Positions 27,628-41,684 are shown, numbered from the whole stretch's first letter. The stretch: DNA of 63,999 nt, filler included, from Folioceros fuciformis (GCA_049999805.1; 4 parts of 3 records of this genome joined end to end with filler, not necessarily neighbours in it); one strand, 5' to 3'. Notes: generated by a model from the sequence alone, not told the origin. A program made the numbers and translations.

Positions 27628-30370
27628 ATGCTTTCCTCCGGTGCCAGGCATGTCGGTCGCGTCAAGGTGAGAGCACGGATCCCGCTTCCCACACGGTAAA
27701 GCTGAATGTGCAGCTGTTTGCAATGTGCGTGCTGATGTGGGCAGCGTCGAGTGCAGCGCGCAGCGGAAGCCACTAGAGAAATTACGAGCAGTGCGATTTT
27801 GAGACAGGCCGTGCCAGCGGTAGTGAAATCTCCTCCGTCTGGAGGGTTGTTGTCATGGCTGCTTGGTGATACTCCCAAGAAAGTTTTGCCGCCCTTGTTT
27901 GAACCCTTGCCAGGGGTTCGTCTACCGGAGCCGCTGCCTGATGATGTGAAGCCTTCCAACACTAAAATCACGGCACTTCAGAATGGCCTCAAAGTCGCGT
28001 CTGAAGAGACTCGGGTACTTGGGGCGACTGCTTTTTTAGATTGCTTCGTTTCTGGTCTCTGGGGCTTTCAGATCTTAATCTAGTTGATAGTATGCTGATC
28101 CTGCGCCTCTGTTCCTACAGGGTCCAACAGCGACTATTGGAGTGTATGTGGACAGTGGGTGTGTATATGAGAACCCGTCCAATTGTGGAGCTACTCATCT
28201 CTTGGAACGAATGGCGTTCAAGAGCACCAAGAATCGGTCTCATTTTCGTTTGATCCGTGAAGTAGAGGCAATTGGAGGCAACGTGACAGTTTCTGCATCC
28301 CGGGAGCAAATGGCGTACACTGGTGACACTTTGAAGACGTATTTGCCTGAAATGGTGGAGATCCTTCTCGATAGTGTCAGAAATCCTGTCTTTCACGAGT
28401 GGGAAGTTAAAGAGCAGTTGGCCAGAGTGAAAGCTGAGCTTGCTGAGGTGGCAAACAATCCACACAGCATACTGTTGGAAGCCTTGCATTCAGCTGGGTA
28501 TTCTGGTGCTCTTGGGCAAACTCTTCTGGCCCCCGAATCATCTCTGGCGAGGCTGAATGGAGCAATCCTCCAAGAGTTTGTTGCAGTAAGTGTTTTGCAC
28601 CTCTAGGAAGGACTCCTGATTTGTAAGGGCAACTAGTAAGGTAACGCATGTCTGTAGGGGTTCATGGGATCTGGTCTTTCCTTCTGTCTTGTTCGCAGGA
28701 AAACTTCACAGCCCCAAGGATTGTCTTGGCAGCCTCAGGTGTTGACCATGAAGATTTGCTGTCTATCGCGAAGCCCCTCATTGAAGATCTGCCCGCAATC
28801 CCTCCACCATCAGTTCCAAAATCTAAGTACACTGGTGGAGACTGGCGTCAAGTGGTTGATTCCCCGGTCAGTTTTATGACCAGCATGCGCACAGCTGTTG
28901 CTCGCATGATGGGGGTTTTTACCTTGCTGGATTTCATTGTGGATCTGTCCTTCTCGCAATTTTTTACTGACAGAGTAAACTGTTGTGTTTGTGTACTGTA
29001 GAAAACTCATGTTGCATGTGCTTTCGAAGTTCCTGGGGGGTGGCGAGATGAGAAAGATTCTGTGACAGTCACAGTTTTACAGGTGATCCTGGTCTTCATA
29101 GGATATCACGTCAGCTATTGTAGTTATCAGGACTCTGGTGTGCAGCAAGAGATTTTTATTTTGTGACTTGGTTCCTTATTTTCTTGCGCTCACAGACACT
29201 CCTGGGTGGAGGTGGATCGTTTTCTCCGGGAGGACCTGGGAAGGGGATGTATTCTCGATTGTGTAAGTTGTGTTCATTTCTTTTTGTGAGCAGGATGGTA
29301 CGAAGTCCAAGCGTCAGTATGCCTGCGTAATGTTCCACTGACTTTCAAATATCTCGTCTTACGCTGTTGATCACTAGATACCCGGGTACTGAACAAGTAT
29401 GAGGAAGTGCAATCCTTCACAGCCTTCAGCAGCATATACAATGAAAGTGGCTTATTTGGTATCCATGGGATTTCGGTAGGTTGCAGGTCAATGTATGACC
29501 GTTGGGTTCTGGTGGATGATAGTTGCTGCAGCGAGTCTTCTGCTTGAAAATATTGCTGAGGGGCGGTGGATGCTCTCTCGAAACAGTTGTGATGGTTCTA
29601 TCCGTGTTCAACACTTTTGAGGTGATTGTGAGTAATTTATTGCATGTTTCAGGGCTCTTCCTTTGTGCCCAAGCTTGTGGATCTAATTGCTAAGGAGCTG
29701 ACTGCTATTGCCTCACCTGGGCAAGGTTGGTCTTCCAACCTTAGACAAATATTGAAGTGCAGCTCTCTTGGTCGACGCCCCTTTACTAAGTTCCCATTGA
29801 TTTCCGATTGCAGTGACTGAGGTGGAGCTTCGGCGTGCAAAGAACACTACTATCTCAGCCGTGTTGATGAACTTGGAATCACGGGTGGGTGTACTTTTCC
29901 AGATGAGTGCATCTATTCTCTTGCGTCCTGGACTCCTAACTGGGTCATTGGTATCTCAGGTGGTTACAGCTGAAGATATTGGACGGCAGATCCTCACTTA
30001 TGGCCACAGGTATTGGACGCATTGCCTTCCCTGACTGTTACCATCACGTTTGCTAGATCAAATGGGGATGCTTCATTGTGACTTGGGCACTGAACTGTCG
30101 TCATCCACCCATTGCACAGGAAACCGCCCACCGAATTCATTGACGCAGTGAACTCTTTAACCCTCAAAGACATCTCAGCTGTGGCAGAAAAAATTATATC
30201 GACCCCTTTGACAATGGCTTCTTGGGGTGATGGTAAGACTCTAATCACTACTGTCATGCCATTAGGCTGTGCTTTGTTACTTCTAGTCACTTTGTGATTC
30301 TCACTTGTGCATGTGCTTTGCAGCCAGCATTGTCCCAGGATATGATTCAGTGTCTCGACAGTTTTCGTAA
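27628..30370 (+). CDS. Mitochondrial-processing peptidase subunit alpha, multi-exon
   Basis: [33 protein letters not shown], Gly-rich loop [39 protein letters not shown] and [10 protein letters not shown]. Confidence 0.95.
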
Positions 30371-30803
30371 TGAAGTGAGGTCGTGATGGATTTTGACGCA
30401 TTCATCGATTTTAGAGTCCCCTCGTGGGTGGCTACGGGAAGCTGTTTGGTTCAGAGCGTTTTTTGCGTGGGAAGCTCAGACTTGGCGCGACATTGTTTTT
30501 AGCGGCGCGTAAGTACCGGGCCCCATCTCAATGATCTGATTTTTGGGGTCCTGAACGTCGGCTCGTGGGTCGTCTTCGTACAGTTTCAGGTTTGTCCAGT
30601 GATTACCAAAAAGAAAAATAAGCTCTGATTCCGTCTAAAAAATGGCCGCCATAGTAACCCCCCCTTCCTACTGAGTATCGCCCCCTTCCTTACGAGCGTA
30701 AAAGGAAGCAACGGCCTCGAATCTCGCAGTACTCCACTTACAAATCACACACTCCTTATCGACCCACTTACAAATCACATTCCCTATCTTACGACTCAGC
30801 ACT

Positions 30804-31093
30804 AGGTCTCCGCCGTCCACGGACGATAGGTGCTTACAAAAGAGAAGGTCTCCGCCGTCCATGGATGATAGGTGCTTACAAAAAAAAGAGTAGGTCCATG
30901 GATGATAGGTGCTTACAAAAAAGAAGAGTAGGTCTCCGCCGTCCACGGACGATAGGTGCTTACAAAAGTGTAGGTCTCCGCCGTCCACGGATGATAGGTG
31001 CTTACAAAAGAGTAGGTCTCCGCCGTCCACGGACGATAGGTGCTTACAAAAGAGTAAGTCTCCGTCGTCCACAGACGATAGGTGCTTACAAAA
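30804..31093 (+). repeat. 42-bp minisatellite, about 7 units (one truncated)
   Basis: Unit AGGTCTCCGCCGTCCACGGACGATAGGTGCTTACAAAAGAGT repeated head to tail with no unique spacers. Confidence 0.92.
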
Positions 31094-31150
31094 CAGTCTG
31101 GTGATCTACGCCCCACTGGCTACTGCCCTAGTCTCAATCTGACCAGCTTG

Positions 31151-31440
31151 CTCTTCAAGCCCTCCACAACTATGCCTCAAGGCTAGACTTCTCACTGTCT
31201 GTCTCTCTCTCTCTTCAAGCCCTCCACAACTATGCCTCAAGGCTAGACTTCTCACTATCTNNNNNNNNNNTTCAAGCCCTCCACAACTATGCCTCAAGGC
31301 TAGACTTCTCACTATCTACCTCTCTCTCTCTCTGTATCAAAGTATCACAATATATCCTTAAGACCCCTCAAGGCTAGACTTCTCACTGTCTGCCTCTCTC
31401 TCTCTATATCAGTGTATTACAGTATCTCCTTAAGACCCTA
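31151..31440 (+). repeat. About 60-bp tandem repeat with CT tracts, possibly part of an LTR
   Basis: TTCAAGCCCTCCACAACTATGCCTCAAGGCTAGACTTCTCACT three times plus a partial copy. Contains a 10-N gap. A reverse TATA-like motif lies near 31452. Confidence 0.8.
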
Positions 31441-31776
31441 ACGCTGGCCTATTTATACTCCATAGCTAAGCCACTGCTAAAGCTGGGAATGATACACACC
31501 ACTCATCTCAGAATACTAGTGGTCATTACAACTCCATCCTTTTTAGGAGGTTTTGCCTGGAACACATCTTGTTTCAAAAGGCAGCAAGAAGCATACTTGC
31601 TTCTTCATCAAGACAGCTCTAGATTTAGCTTTCACCTTTGTACTTTTAACTTTCACCTTATTTCACTTATGCCATTACTCTCTCCCCCACTAGGAAGATG
31701 TCATTGTCCTCAATTGTTAAAGTAATAATCCTTCACCCCGTCATTACCCATATTTACTAACTACCTATTTAGGCAC

Positions 31777-31876
31777 NNNNNNNNNNNNNNNNNNNNNNNN
31801 NNNNNNNNNNNNNNNNNNNNTTAATTAATTAANNNNNNNNNNNNNNNNNNNNNNNNNNNNNNNNNNNNNNNNNNNN
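31777..31876. other. Artificial assembly linker (N44-TTAATTAATTAA-N44)
   Basis: A six-frame-stop spacer centred in Ns, exactly 100 bp, occurring three times in the window. Confidence 0.95.
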
Positions 31877-34665
31877 CAGGGCGGGGCAGGGCGAGGAGGA
31901 GAAGGAGGGGCAGGGCGGGGAGACTGGACAGCAGCGCCGGCGAGGGACAACAGTGGGGCTGAGCAGATCCAGCACCGCGGGCTACGGATTGGGGAGGAAA
32001 TCGGATCAGGGAGGAGAAGAGGTCAGGGCTGGCCTTGCATCGGCCAAATCCTTCAGCTTGGCTCAACCTCCTCTTGTGCGCACATTCAGTCCCCTCACCC
32101 GGGGATCCTCCTCCTGCCTGCAGATCCAAAGAGGAAGTGAGACAAAGAGATGGAGAGGGAAGGGGAAAAAGAGGAAGCGGGGACAAGAGGAGAATGGAGA
32201 AGGTAGGAGAAAGGGAGGGAGGAAGAGAGGGATGGGAGCGGCCGCAGTCCTTGTCTTAGCTAGCTAGGGCAAGGCCTCCACGGCCGTTTAGTCCATCAGG
32301 CAATCTGGTTGGCTGACATCGGACATCTAACCATGACCTTGACATATCCCATATTTCCGTTCCTAGGTTAAACAATTATTTAATTATTTTATTATTTAAT
32401 TATATTCAATTATGTAATACTATATACCTTTAATTAATATTAAACCAATCACCAAACCTAGATTCAAACTTTCTCGACCCTATGGTCCGGTACCATACCT
32501 AAACTTTTCCAGGTCTGGGACCAAACCTATACCCACTCTAATAATCAAACCAATTATTCCTTGGTCAATTCACCTACTTAGCACAAGAAAAAATAGGAAA
32601 AACGACCAGAAAATAAAGGAAAATTAAGGATAATAAGTAGAAAAAGAAAACCAAACCATACCACTATTAACCTTTTTCAACCAAAACAAACCACTACCCC
32701 AAACTTTGGAGGTTCACGTGCCCCCCTTCTTAGTTGTTTGCGTCCTCGCAAACAACTAACCCTCTGATGGCTAATAGTACTTCTTGACTTGCCAACCATT
32801 GACCCTAGTTAGCAACAAATCACCACCCAATACCCTCAACACGACAAACCCATTTTCAAACACTTCCTCCACCTTGTAACGAGTCATCCACCTCAACCTC
32901 AACTTACCTGGGAAATCCATGTACCAACTATCATACAATAGCACCAAATCCCCATGTAGGATGGTCTCCTTCTTCCTCAACCTACCATCTTGGCGGGTTT
33001 TCCTTTGCTCTTGTATCGTGTGCGTCTCCTCCAAGGCTTCTTCTCGATCCTCCTCATAGGTGATGAAAGCTTCCAACCTAGCTTCTTAGCTCTCCCTCGC
33101 TGGCAGCCTAGCCTCTTCCATGACATAGTGAGTGGGAATCCCAAACTCAATGGGAAGAACAGGCGACATGCCATAGGTCAAGTAGTATGGAGTCCTCTTC
33201 GTGGTGACCTTTTCTGTTGTCTTGTAAGCCCCAAGTGCTGAATGTTACTTCGTGTCCCAATCATACGTGTGAGTCACAGTCACGTTGGTCAAAATGGTCC
33301 CCAAAAGACCATTGGTCTTCTCCGTCAACCCATTTGCCTCCAAATTGTAAGGAGTGGTCTTCCTATGAAGAATGTTAAAGTAGGCGGTCAAGGTGGTGAT
33401 GACTTCATTAAGAAAATGTGTCCCCCTATCGCTGACCAAGTCCCATGGACACCCATAGCGTGTGATGATGTTCTTAAACAAAAATTTGGCCATTGTTGGG
33501 GCATCGTCCCACCAGGTAGCCTCTGCCTCCACCATCTTTGGTGCAATAGTCTGTCGCCACTAGGATGTATTGCTTCCTTGTCCAGCGAGTAGGTGGACAA
33601 ATCAGCCCTACAAAGTTGATACCCCAATTCTCGAACGAAGCCAATGGTAGGATGTAGGTCAACGGCTAACTAGTTGTCAATGTGGGTCTCCCTACCCTTA
33701 GACAAGCATCACACCTCCTCACACATTCCCACACATCCTGCTGCATGAGAGCCCACCAAAACCCAGTATCCAAGATCTTCTTAATGGTAATGGGGGCTGA
33801 ATAGTGGCTTCCTGCCCTTTTTGCATGCAAAGCTTCGGTCACCAAAGCACCCTCATTCACCTCCAAACAACGCCTCACCTTACCATCCGGGCCTAGTTTG
33901 TACAAGACCCCTTGCTTCAGACAATATGGGCCTGTCTTGTGCAAGAACACTGCCCTACCCTTGTGGCTCAATCCAACTGGCATGATTCCAAACTCCAGAA
34001 ATCTCCTCACCTGAGCTGATAGCAACTGCCTAGCATAGGGCCTTCCCAACCTGTCACCACGGCGGCTCCTCTTCTTCCGAGCTAAGCTAACCCTTTGGCT
34101 GCTCTCAACCCAAATAGAGGTTCCTCGTCCCACTTGGGCTGACTGTTCATTGAACTCTCCCTCTTCTGCTGCATGTACAGCAGCAATTAGGTCCTCATCA
34201 GGAAACCTGTCATCCGTTTCTCTAACCTTCCCTTTGGTTTTGAGCCTAGAAACAAAGTCAGCATTGACATGGCTCTTCCCTGCCCTGGATTCCACCTCAA
34301 AATCAAACTCCTGCAGCAAGAGAATCCACCTAGCGACCCTCCCTGATAGGTCAGGCTTGTTCACAAGATACTTCAAAGCAAAGTGGTCCACATGAAACAC
34401 TACCTTGCAAGCTAGAAGGTAGTGATGGAACTTCTTACAAGCGTAGATGATGCCCAAAGCCTCTCTCTCCATTGTGGAATAGTTCCTCTCTGCGTCCGTG
34501 AGTTGCCTTCCAGCATAGAAGATAGGGTGATCCCTCTTGTTGTCATCTTGTTGGCTGAGGATGGCCCCTATAGCATAGGCTGACACATCCACATACACAT
34601 GAAAGGTCTTCTTCCAATTTGGTGGGCTCAATGTGGGTGCTGCCACCAAACTCCTCTTCAAGTCC
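31877..34665 (-). mobile_element. Ty3/gypsy LTR retrotransposon 3' part (RNase H, integrase, PPT, partial 3' LTR), degenerate
   Basis: RT-RNase H region FHVYVDVSAYAIGAILSQ..YSTMEREALG. Integrase zinc-binding segment HY..VRRCDAC, core FENWGINFVG..SDRGTHF..NGLTEKTN and C-terminal RVNGWQVKKY. Polypurine tract AAGAAGGGGGG near 32721-32731, then a TG-start LTR from about 32716. Confidence 0.9.
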
Positions 34666-35479
34666 TAAAATGCTTCCTCCCTCTTAGGGGTCCACTCATA
34701 CAACACATGAGGGCGCAAGCATGCCAGCGCCCAACACACAAATGCGGAGGCAGGAGGGCGCAAGCATGCCACAGCCCAGCACGCAGATAAGGAGGCAGGA
34801 TTCACGGGCTGGCTGGCGCCCTCCCTAGTAGATTAACAAGACAATAAAGCAAACGAATAGTTTTCCATGAAATATAGAGAATGTCTTACCTTCCCTACGA
34901 ACACTGTTTGAAACTTCGTGAGCATGGCATCTGTTGAGTGTTGCGGATACTAAATTCGCACCTCATCAAATGAAGAACAACAAAGGTGCTTCGCCATCGC
35001 CACCTAGATAATATGGAACTTCTTCCTTAGGCTTATGACGTTGTCCATGCCTTTCAGGTCCAGCAACCCAGCAAGAACCTTCTCTGTTGCCAATATGAGG
35101 ATTTGCTGGCCACACTCCCTTGGTGTTATCCCATGGAATGACTTCCATGGCTTTGCGGGCATATTCTTCGACTTCACATAGCTAGCATCAACCTTTTTTA
35201 CATCATTAGATGCTTTGCGCTTGCCTTTTCCTTTCTTGTTCATACTGCTGCTGTATGTTTCTGCTGTTCCGGCAATTCACAAGCTTCCCATTTGTTGAAT
35301 ATCTTGTCCATGTTTTCCCAAACCTTCTCTTACTGCTTGGCTATGCATAGTATGTGTGTCCGATTATCCACTTTCGTCTGCTTGTAACCATCATCTTCTC
35401 GACCTTGGTCATCCTCGATTAGTCCCAAGACCTTGTACAAGTTGAACTTCCATGTGAAGGATCGCTAGAGGAGCATGGT

Positions 35480-38400
35480 GAAGGAGAGGAGAGGAGGAGG
35501 TAAGGAGGAGAGGAGAAAGAGAGGTCACACTCTCTCAATAGAGTCTCAATATGCAAGGGAGCTCAAGGGGGTATTTATACCTTCTAGAAGAGCTCCCTAG
35601 GAAGCTTCACAAGAAGCGCACAGGAAGCTGCGCAAGAAGCTTCCTACAGATTAGCTTAAGCTAATATAAACTAATGATACTTAACTAGACACTAATCTTA
35701 GACTAAACACATTAGTCTAAGTACATTGGGCTTTAATAGCCCTACAACCTCCTCCTTAAAGGCCAATTTACCTTCATAGGAGAGTAGTCTACCTCATGCC
35801 CATGAGTGTCCGAGCTTGTGCGAATTGCTCCGAAGAGAGCCCCTTGGTAAGAACATCTGCAGGGTTCTGACAGGTGTGAACTTTAACAAGTTGTACCCTC
35901 TTGTCTTTCAACACCTCTCAAATGAAGTGATCCTTCACTTCCACATGTTTAGTCTTCGCATTAAACACTGGATTCTTTGCCAATTGAATAGCACTCTAGC
36001 TATCACAATGCAACACTGGAAGCTCAACCTTGATCCCCAAATCTCCCACTAAACGAGCAAGCCACATGGCTTCCTTGCACGCCTCAGTTGTTGCAACATA
36101 CTCGGCCTTTGTGGTAGATAGCATTATGCACGATTGCAAACGAGATCGCCATGAGTCTGCCCCTCCTGTGCACATGAAGACATAACCTAATGTGGACCTC
36201 CTTTTGTCCATATCCCTAGCATAATCAGCATCCGTATATCCCACAATAGATGCATCTTAGATAGATGCATATTACCTAAACATAAGCACAAAGCTTTTGT
36301 ACCATTCAAGTACCTCATAACTCCTTTCACTGCCTCCCAATGCTTCATGCCAGGGTTTGACATAAACCTACTAACCACTCCCACTGCAAAGGCAATGTCA
36401 GGACGTGTAGCAATCATTGCATACATCAAACTCCCTACAGCTGATGAGTATGGAACCTTCTCCATTTCAGCTTTGTCCTCCGTAGAGCTTGGGCAATCCT
36501 TGCTCGACAGTTTCACATATGGAGGCAACGGAGTACTTAATACCTTCCCCTTCTCCATATTAAAACGTTGAATCACCTTGTTAATGTATTCAGTCTGAGA
36601 CAAGTACAACAAACGCTTCTGTCTGTCTCAACGAATACACATGCCAAGAATATGGCTTGCCTCTCCCAAGTCTGTCATGTCAAAGCGACCATTCAACTTT
36701 GACTTCAACGCTGAAATCTCATCACTGTTAGTGCCAGCAATTAGCATATCATCCACATAGAGGACCAGAATGAGCAAGCTTCCATCCTTAGCTTGCTTCG
36801 TATAGAGGCAATGATCCTCATTGCTACGTTTGTAGCCTTGAGAAAGCATAAATGAGTGGAATTTGAAATACCACTCCCTGGGTGCCTGCTTCAAACCATA
36901 AAGGCTCTTCTTTAACCTGCACACTAGACTCTCTTTGCCCTTCTCAATGAAACCCTCTGGTTGTTGCATGTATACCTCTTCCTGGAGATCACCATGCAGA
37001 AATGCCGACTTCACGTCCATCTGGATAAGTTCCATGTCGTGCCTCGCAACCAGACCAAGGACACATCGCAAGGTGGTCATTTTGACAACTGGCGAGAAAA
37101 TCTCATCAAAGTTAATACCTTGTTGTTGCTTAAAACCCTTAGCAACCAATCGTGCCTTGTACTTGGGTTTGCCATAATGGGGTATGTCCTTCATCTTATA
37201 CACCCATTTGCATGGCAACGCCTTCTTGCCCTTAGGCAACCGAACCAACTCCCAAGTTTGGTTCTTGTGGAGCGAATCCATCTGCAACTGCATCGCCTTC
37301 TCCCACTTGTCCTTGTCAGTCACTGACATGGCCTCTTGGTAACAAGACGGCTCCCCACAATCCGTCAGCATGACATAATCAAGAGATGCAACATACCTGT
37401 CAGGAGGACGTGAGATCCTTCCTAACCTACGAAGCATTGGCGCCTCGACCGGAGCTGGTTGCACTCTCTCCTCTTGTACAAGTGGAGGAACCTGTTCCTG
37501 CACATCACGACGTTCAACCTACGCGGGACGGTCAAATCCATCTTCTTGAAAGGCCACCCGTTGCACCTCCACAGTTGGAGTAGGCTTCTTGTGCATCTTG
37601 GTCTCATTGAAGAACACGTCATTGCTACGAACCATCCTCTTGGCCTCTGGATCCCACAGACGGTATCCCATCTCACCATTATTCACCATAGCCAAGAAAA
37701 ATACATTTTCTTGACTTGGGAGCCAACTTGTCCCGGAACTCCTTCGGAACGTGGTAGTATGCCTCGCAGCCAAACACTCAGAGATGCTTGTATGACGGCT
37801 TCTTTCCAGACCACATCTCCTCTGGAACCTGTTCATCCACAGCCCTATTGGGAGATCCGTTAATGAGATGCAGCGCAGTAGCCACTGCTTCTGCCCAAAA
37901 TCTGTTAGGCAATCCAGAGGTTGACAACAAACTACGCATCCTCTCCTGGATGGTCATGTTTATCCGTTCGGGCACACCGGTCTGGGGGGGAGTATACGGC
38001 GCAGTCAATTCTCTCTTGATTCTCTTGAAATCATAGAATAACTGGAAAGCCTTTGAGACATACTCTCCCCCATTGTCTGTCCTCAGACACTTCAGTTGGA
38101 GGCCAGACTGATTCTCCACAAGAGTGACGAATTTCTGAAACACTGTCAGAACATCATCCTTTTTCCTCAAAGGATAAACCCACACCTTGCATGAGAAGTC
38201 ATCAATGAACGTGACAAAATAAGATGCACTGCCTAACAATACAGTGGGCATAAGTCCACAAACGTCACTGTGAACCAACTCAAGAGGTCTACTTTTGTGT
38301 TTACCTCTTGCTCCATGTGGTGACTTCGTTTGTTTCCCATACAAACAGTGCTCACACACGAAGAAATCGGAGAAGTCAAATACAGGGACGTAACCAAAAC

Positions 38401-39646
38401 GAGATAAGATCTTCATTCCTTTTTGAGACATGTCCTAACCGACTATGCCACAGGAAACACTTGGCTGTTTCGTTACACAAATCACATGATCCTTGACAGT
38501 GGTTACCTGAAGTGAGTACAAAGTGTCACACTTCGATCCATGAGCTAACACAAGAGAACCTTTGGAGATCTTCCAAGAATGATCTCCAAACCAACAATGG
38601 TAGCCAACGTTATCCAATTGCCCTGCGCTAATCATGCTTTTGGCCAACTTCGGAACATGCCTAACATCCTTCAGTACGAATGAAGATCCATTGTCGAACT
38701 TGAGCTTCACATCACCAACGCCTGCAATCTCGCATGCATAGTTATTTCCAAGCCGTACACATCCTTTCCTAGTAGCATCATACGTACTAAACCAATCCAT
38801 ATGCGGAGTAACATGGCAAGATGCTCCAGAGTCAATTATCCAATTAGAGAATAAGTGACTCTCCGCGGTTGTCAGTTTTGAAGAATTGAAGGAAGAAGAG
38901 ATAAGAACATCTCCATTGTCAACAGAATTCACCTCGTTAGGCTTGGTATTCGGACTTGCCTTGTTGTCGCTTTGCTTCTTCTCCTTTCCTTTGTCCTTCT
39001 TGAACTTCTCGTAGTCCTTCCTGATCTGACCCGTCTTGTGACAATGGTAATACTCAACATTGTTACGACTACGAGATTTACTACGGGAAGAACTTCGCTC
39101 CTTGTACTTCCCCTTGGAAGTGGACCTTCCTCTCACCATGAGGGCATTGGACCCTTTCAAAGGTTCCATATTCTTCCTGTTCACCTCCTCTGTTAACATG
39201 CTACCTTCTACATTTACAACAGTAAGACCACTGGCAGGAGCGGAATTACTCAGAGCTGTATGAAAGGTGTCCCAACTCTCTGGTAATGTGACCAACAGAA
39301 ACATAGCTCTCACGGAATCTGGGAATGAGATACCTTGAGATGAGAGCTGGCTGAAAATGGCATTGAACTCGTTCAGATGATCGGACATCCTCGTCCTTTC
39401 CTTCATCTTCAAGTCCACCAGCTGTTTCAACCAGTACACCTGAGAAGCTGCACTTTGCTTCTTATATAGGTCACACAACTTCTGCCATAGCTCGTAACTT
39501 GTGGTCTTGTCTTTCACATTGAAGTAGACCGACTTCGACAATGTTAGCATGATAGTAGACCTAGCAAGCTCATCTAGATCCTGCCACTCATCCTGAGTCA
39601 TGCTAACAGGTTTTACTCCTAGAAACTTTATCAGCTTGATTTGCAT
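35480..39646 (-). mobile_element. Ty1/copia LTR retrotransposon (Tnt1-like), 5'-truncated and degenerate
   Basis: gag (UBN2, degenerate Zn knuckle), protease WIIDSGASCH, integrase LELVHSDVCG/LRTDNGGEY, RT YKARLVAKGF/LYVDDMLI and RNase H GYTDADYA..DKRRST. Stops and frameshifts are present. PPT AAGGAGGAGG is followed by a TG-start 3' LTR at 35746; the distal LTR end is not resolved. Confidence 0.93.
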
Positions 39647-39689
39647 CGGCTAGGGCGGCGGCTAGGGCGGCAGCTAGGGTGCAGCCACC

Positions 39690-41684
39690 GGCTAAAGCCA
39701 TGGTCATATGCACACTATCTCTTTTGGCTATAATAAGCTCGTCTCTGAGATACCAAACCTGCTCAATGAACGACATTTCCTCCTTCTGTCCGACATAATA
39801 TTGTGGTCCGTCACAAGCATTCGCATCTTCTGCAGCGTAAGTCCACAGTACACATGGGCTTCAACATATTGAAACTGTTTTTTCCCTGGTGAGATATCCG
39901 CCGATTGCCTCATAGCCACAAATGTGTGATTCCCCCCGAGAACACCCATAACATACTGATGCGCCCGAAACGTCACCAGATCTAGTTCCTTCAACGTCGC
40001 ACACTCAGCCGGGTCTATCATGCATAACAGTGGTACCACTCCCTCTTTGATGCGCCCTGTCCCTATCACCCTTGCAAGATAGTTTGTCCAAGCCTCATCC
40101 ACTTTTCTTATTTGCGCATCCAGTGTGAGGTACGCTGTTGGCCTGAGGTTTTCCAACTTCACCACATAGTTTCTGTAACAACCTTTTTCTCATATGTGCA
40201 TTCTCGAAGGCAAGTAAGCGGATCCTCTTCTCATTCCGCTTCCTCTAAGCACTCCTCATTCGTCATTAGGTTTACTATCGTTATGGCCTCTAAGAATCCA
40301 GGGCCCCCACTTCCAGTTTGTGCCTTTGGTTTCTTTTGGCTAATTCTATCTACTTCCGTTCCAGCATCTCGTTGCACTCTACCCTTTTGTTTCCCTCCTG
40401 TTTCTTCCGTGCTTGCATGTGTACGTGCATCAGATCCCTTGGATTGCCGAGGGATAGCGGCTGCTAGCCCAATGAGCCCCCTCCCAGCAGAGTCTGTCCC
40501 CCTCGACCTCTGGGGCTAGGTGCTGACCAGCCAACGCCCAGCGCCCTCACTCTAGCCCCGGAATTGGACAAACCAGTTCAGGTACGGGGTCTCCAAATGT
40601 TGGAACTATGCCTCTTTCCCGTGGGCGCCGGCCGACCAGCGCCCATGCTGTGTCTCTAGCTTGTAGTGCATCGTGGGGACTTAAGCACAGGTAGTCAGGA
40701 AACACTTCTCAATCGGCAATATCTTCCCCATAAGCTTGCTCACCATCCTCCGTGTCTGAGTGCCAGAGTATGATTGGAATTAGGGCATCGTTTTCATCTG
40801 AAGGTCCAAGCTTGTTCTCTAGCTCCCTTACCACCTCCTCTGCCACACCTTGGGCCCGTAGGACTGATTTGCGGACTGCCATAGCTCTTCTGTGACCCTG
40901 CACTATTTGTGTGATTTCAGTGCACAAGCACCGGATCTAGGCATTGCCTTGGCTAATACCCTGCAAGAGAGGCGAAGCCATGTTACCACTAAAACCTTTC
41001 ACACATCACCAAGCCAAAGAAAAAATGTCACTTACAATCTTCTCTCGTCTGCGCTGGATGAACATGTCCATGATACGTTTGGGGTGGCACTTGCGTATGA
41101 TCATGCTATTAAAGGCAACATGAAATAGCTTGTACTTCTCGACCTTTATATTCAATTCATTGAATTGGAAAGGCTGCGTACAGCATAGAAGGCAACCCTC
41201 CGGATCTCCTACTGCGTTCATCTCCAAACTGACCCAAATCAACTAGCCAACTCAATCAAGTAACCAATCTTTGTCCACCAAGTCTGTCACCTGCATTTGT
41301 GCCAATAGACGTTTCAACACCATTGTGTCGTCGTAGTTGTAAGGAGATTGGATAGGAGGTGGAGCTCTTTGCCTGGCTTGGTTGCTCCCCATCGCCACTC
41401 GATTCCTTCCCCCGATTGTTGCTTGCACGTCCTGACTGGTGACTCTCTAACCGAGAAGGATTCAGCCCTTCTGCAGGTGCACGAGGAACTCGTGTTTCTA
41501 GTGATGTGATATGCGCCTTGCTTCCTCCTTGTCTCAAAGCATCCCCGCTTATCTCCTATGCTACAGGACCCTGTGATGATTGCTCCTTCCGACTAGCTCG
41601 GACTTTCTTCAAGGGCGGAGCTTCAGGTTGGGGATAAGCCATTCCTCCTTCAATGTTCTTCTTTTGCCGCTGCCGCGTTGCCAT
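39690..41684 (-). pseudogene. Decayed long ORF ending in a ParB/Srx-like domain, probably transposon-borne
   Basis: Colinear ORF fragments broken by stops and frameshifts. Segment 39728-40165 has VKLENLRP..IRKVDEAW..PLLCMI..VLGGNHTFVAM..VEAHVYCGLT..DHN, and after a frameshift MSFIEQVWYLR. Confidence 0.55.

Noticed and set aside
30621-30633. Possible iMet primer-binding site (GCTCTGATTCCG)
   Set aside because: It has mismatches to GCTCTGATACCA and no adjacent TG LTR end or gag.
30804-31093. CRISPR-like array
   Set aside because: The units are contiguous near-identical 42-mers without unique spacers. There are no cas genes and the context is eukaryotic.
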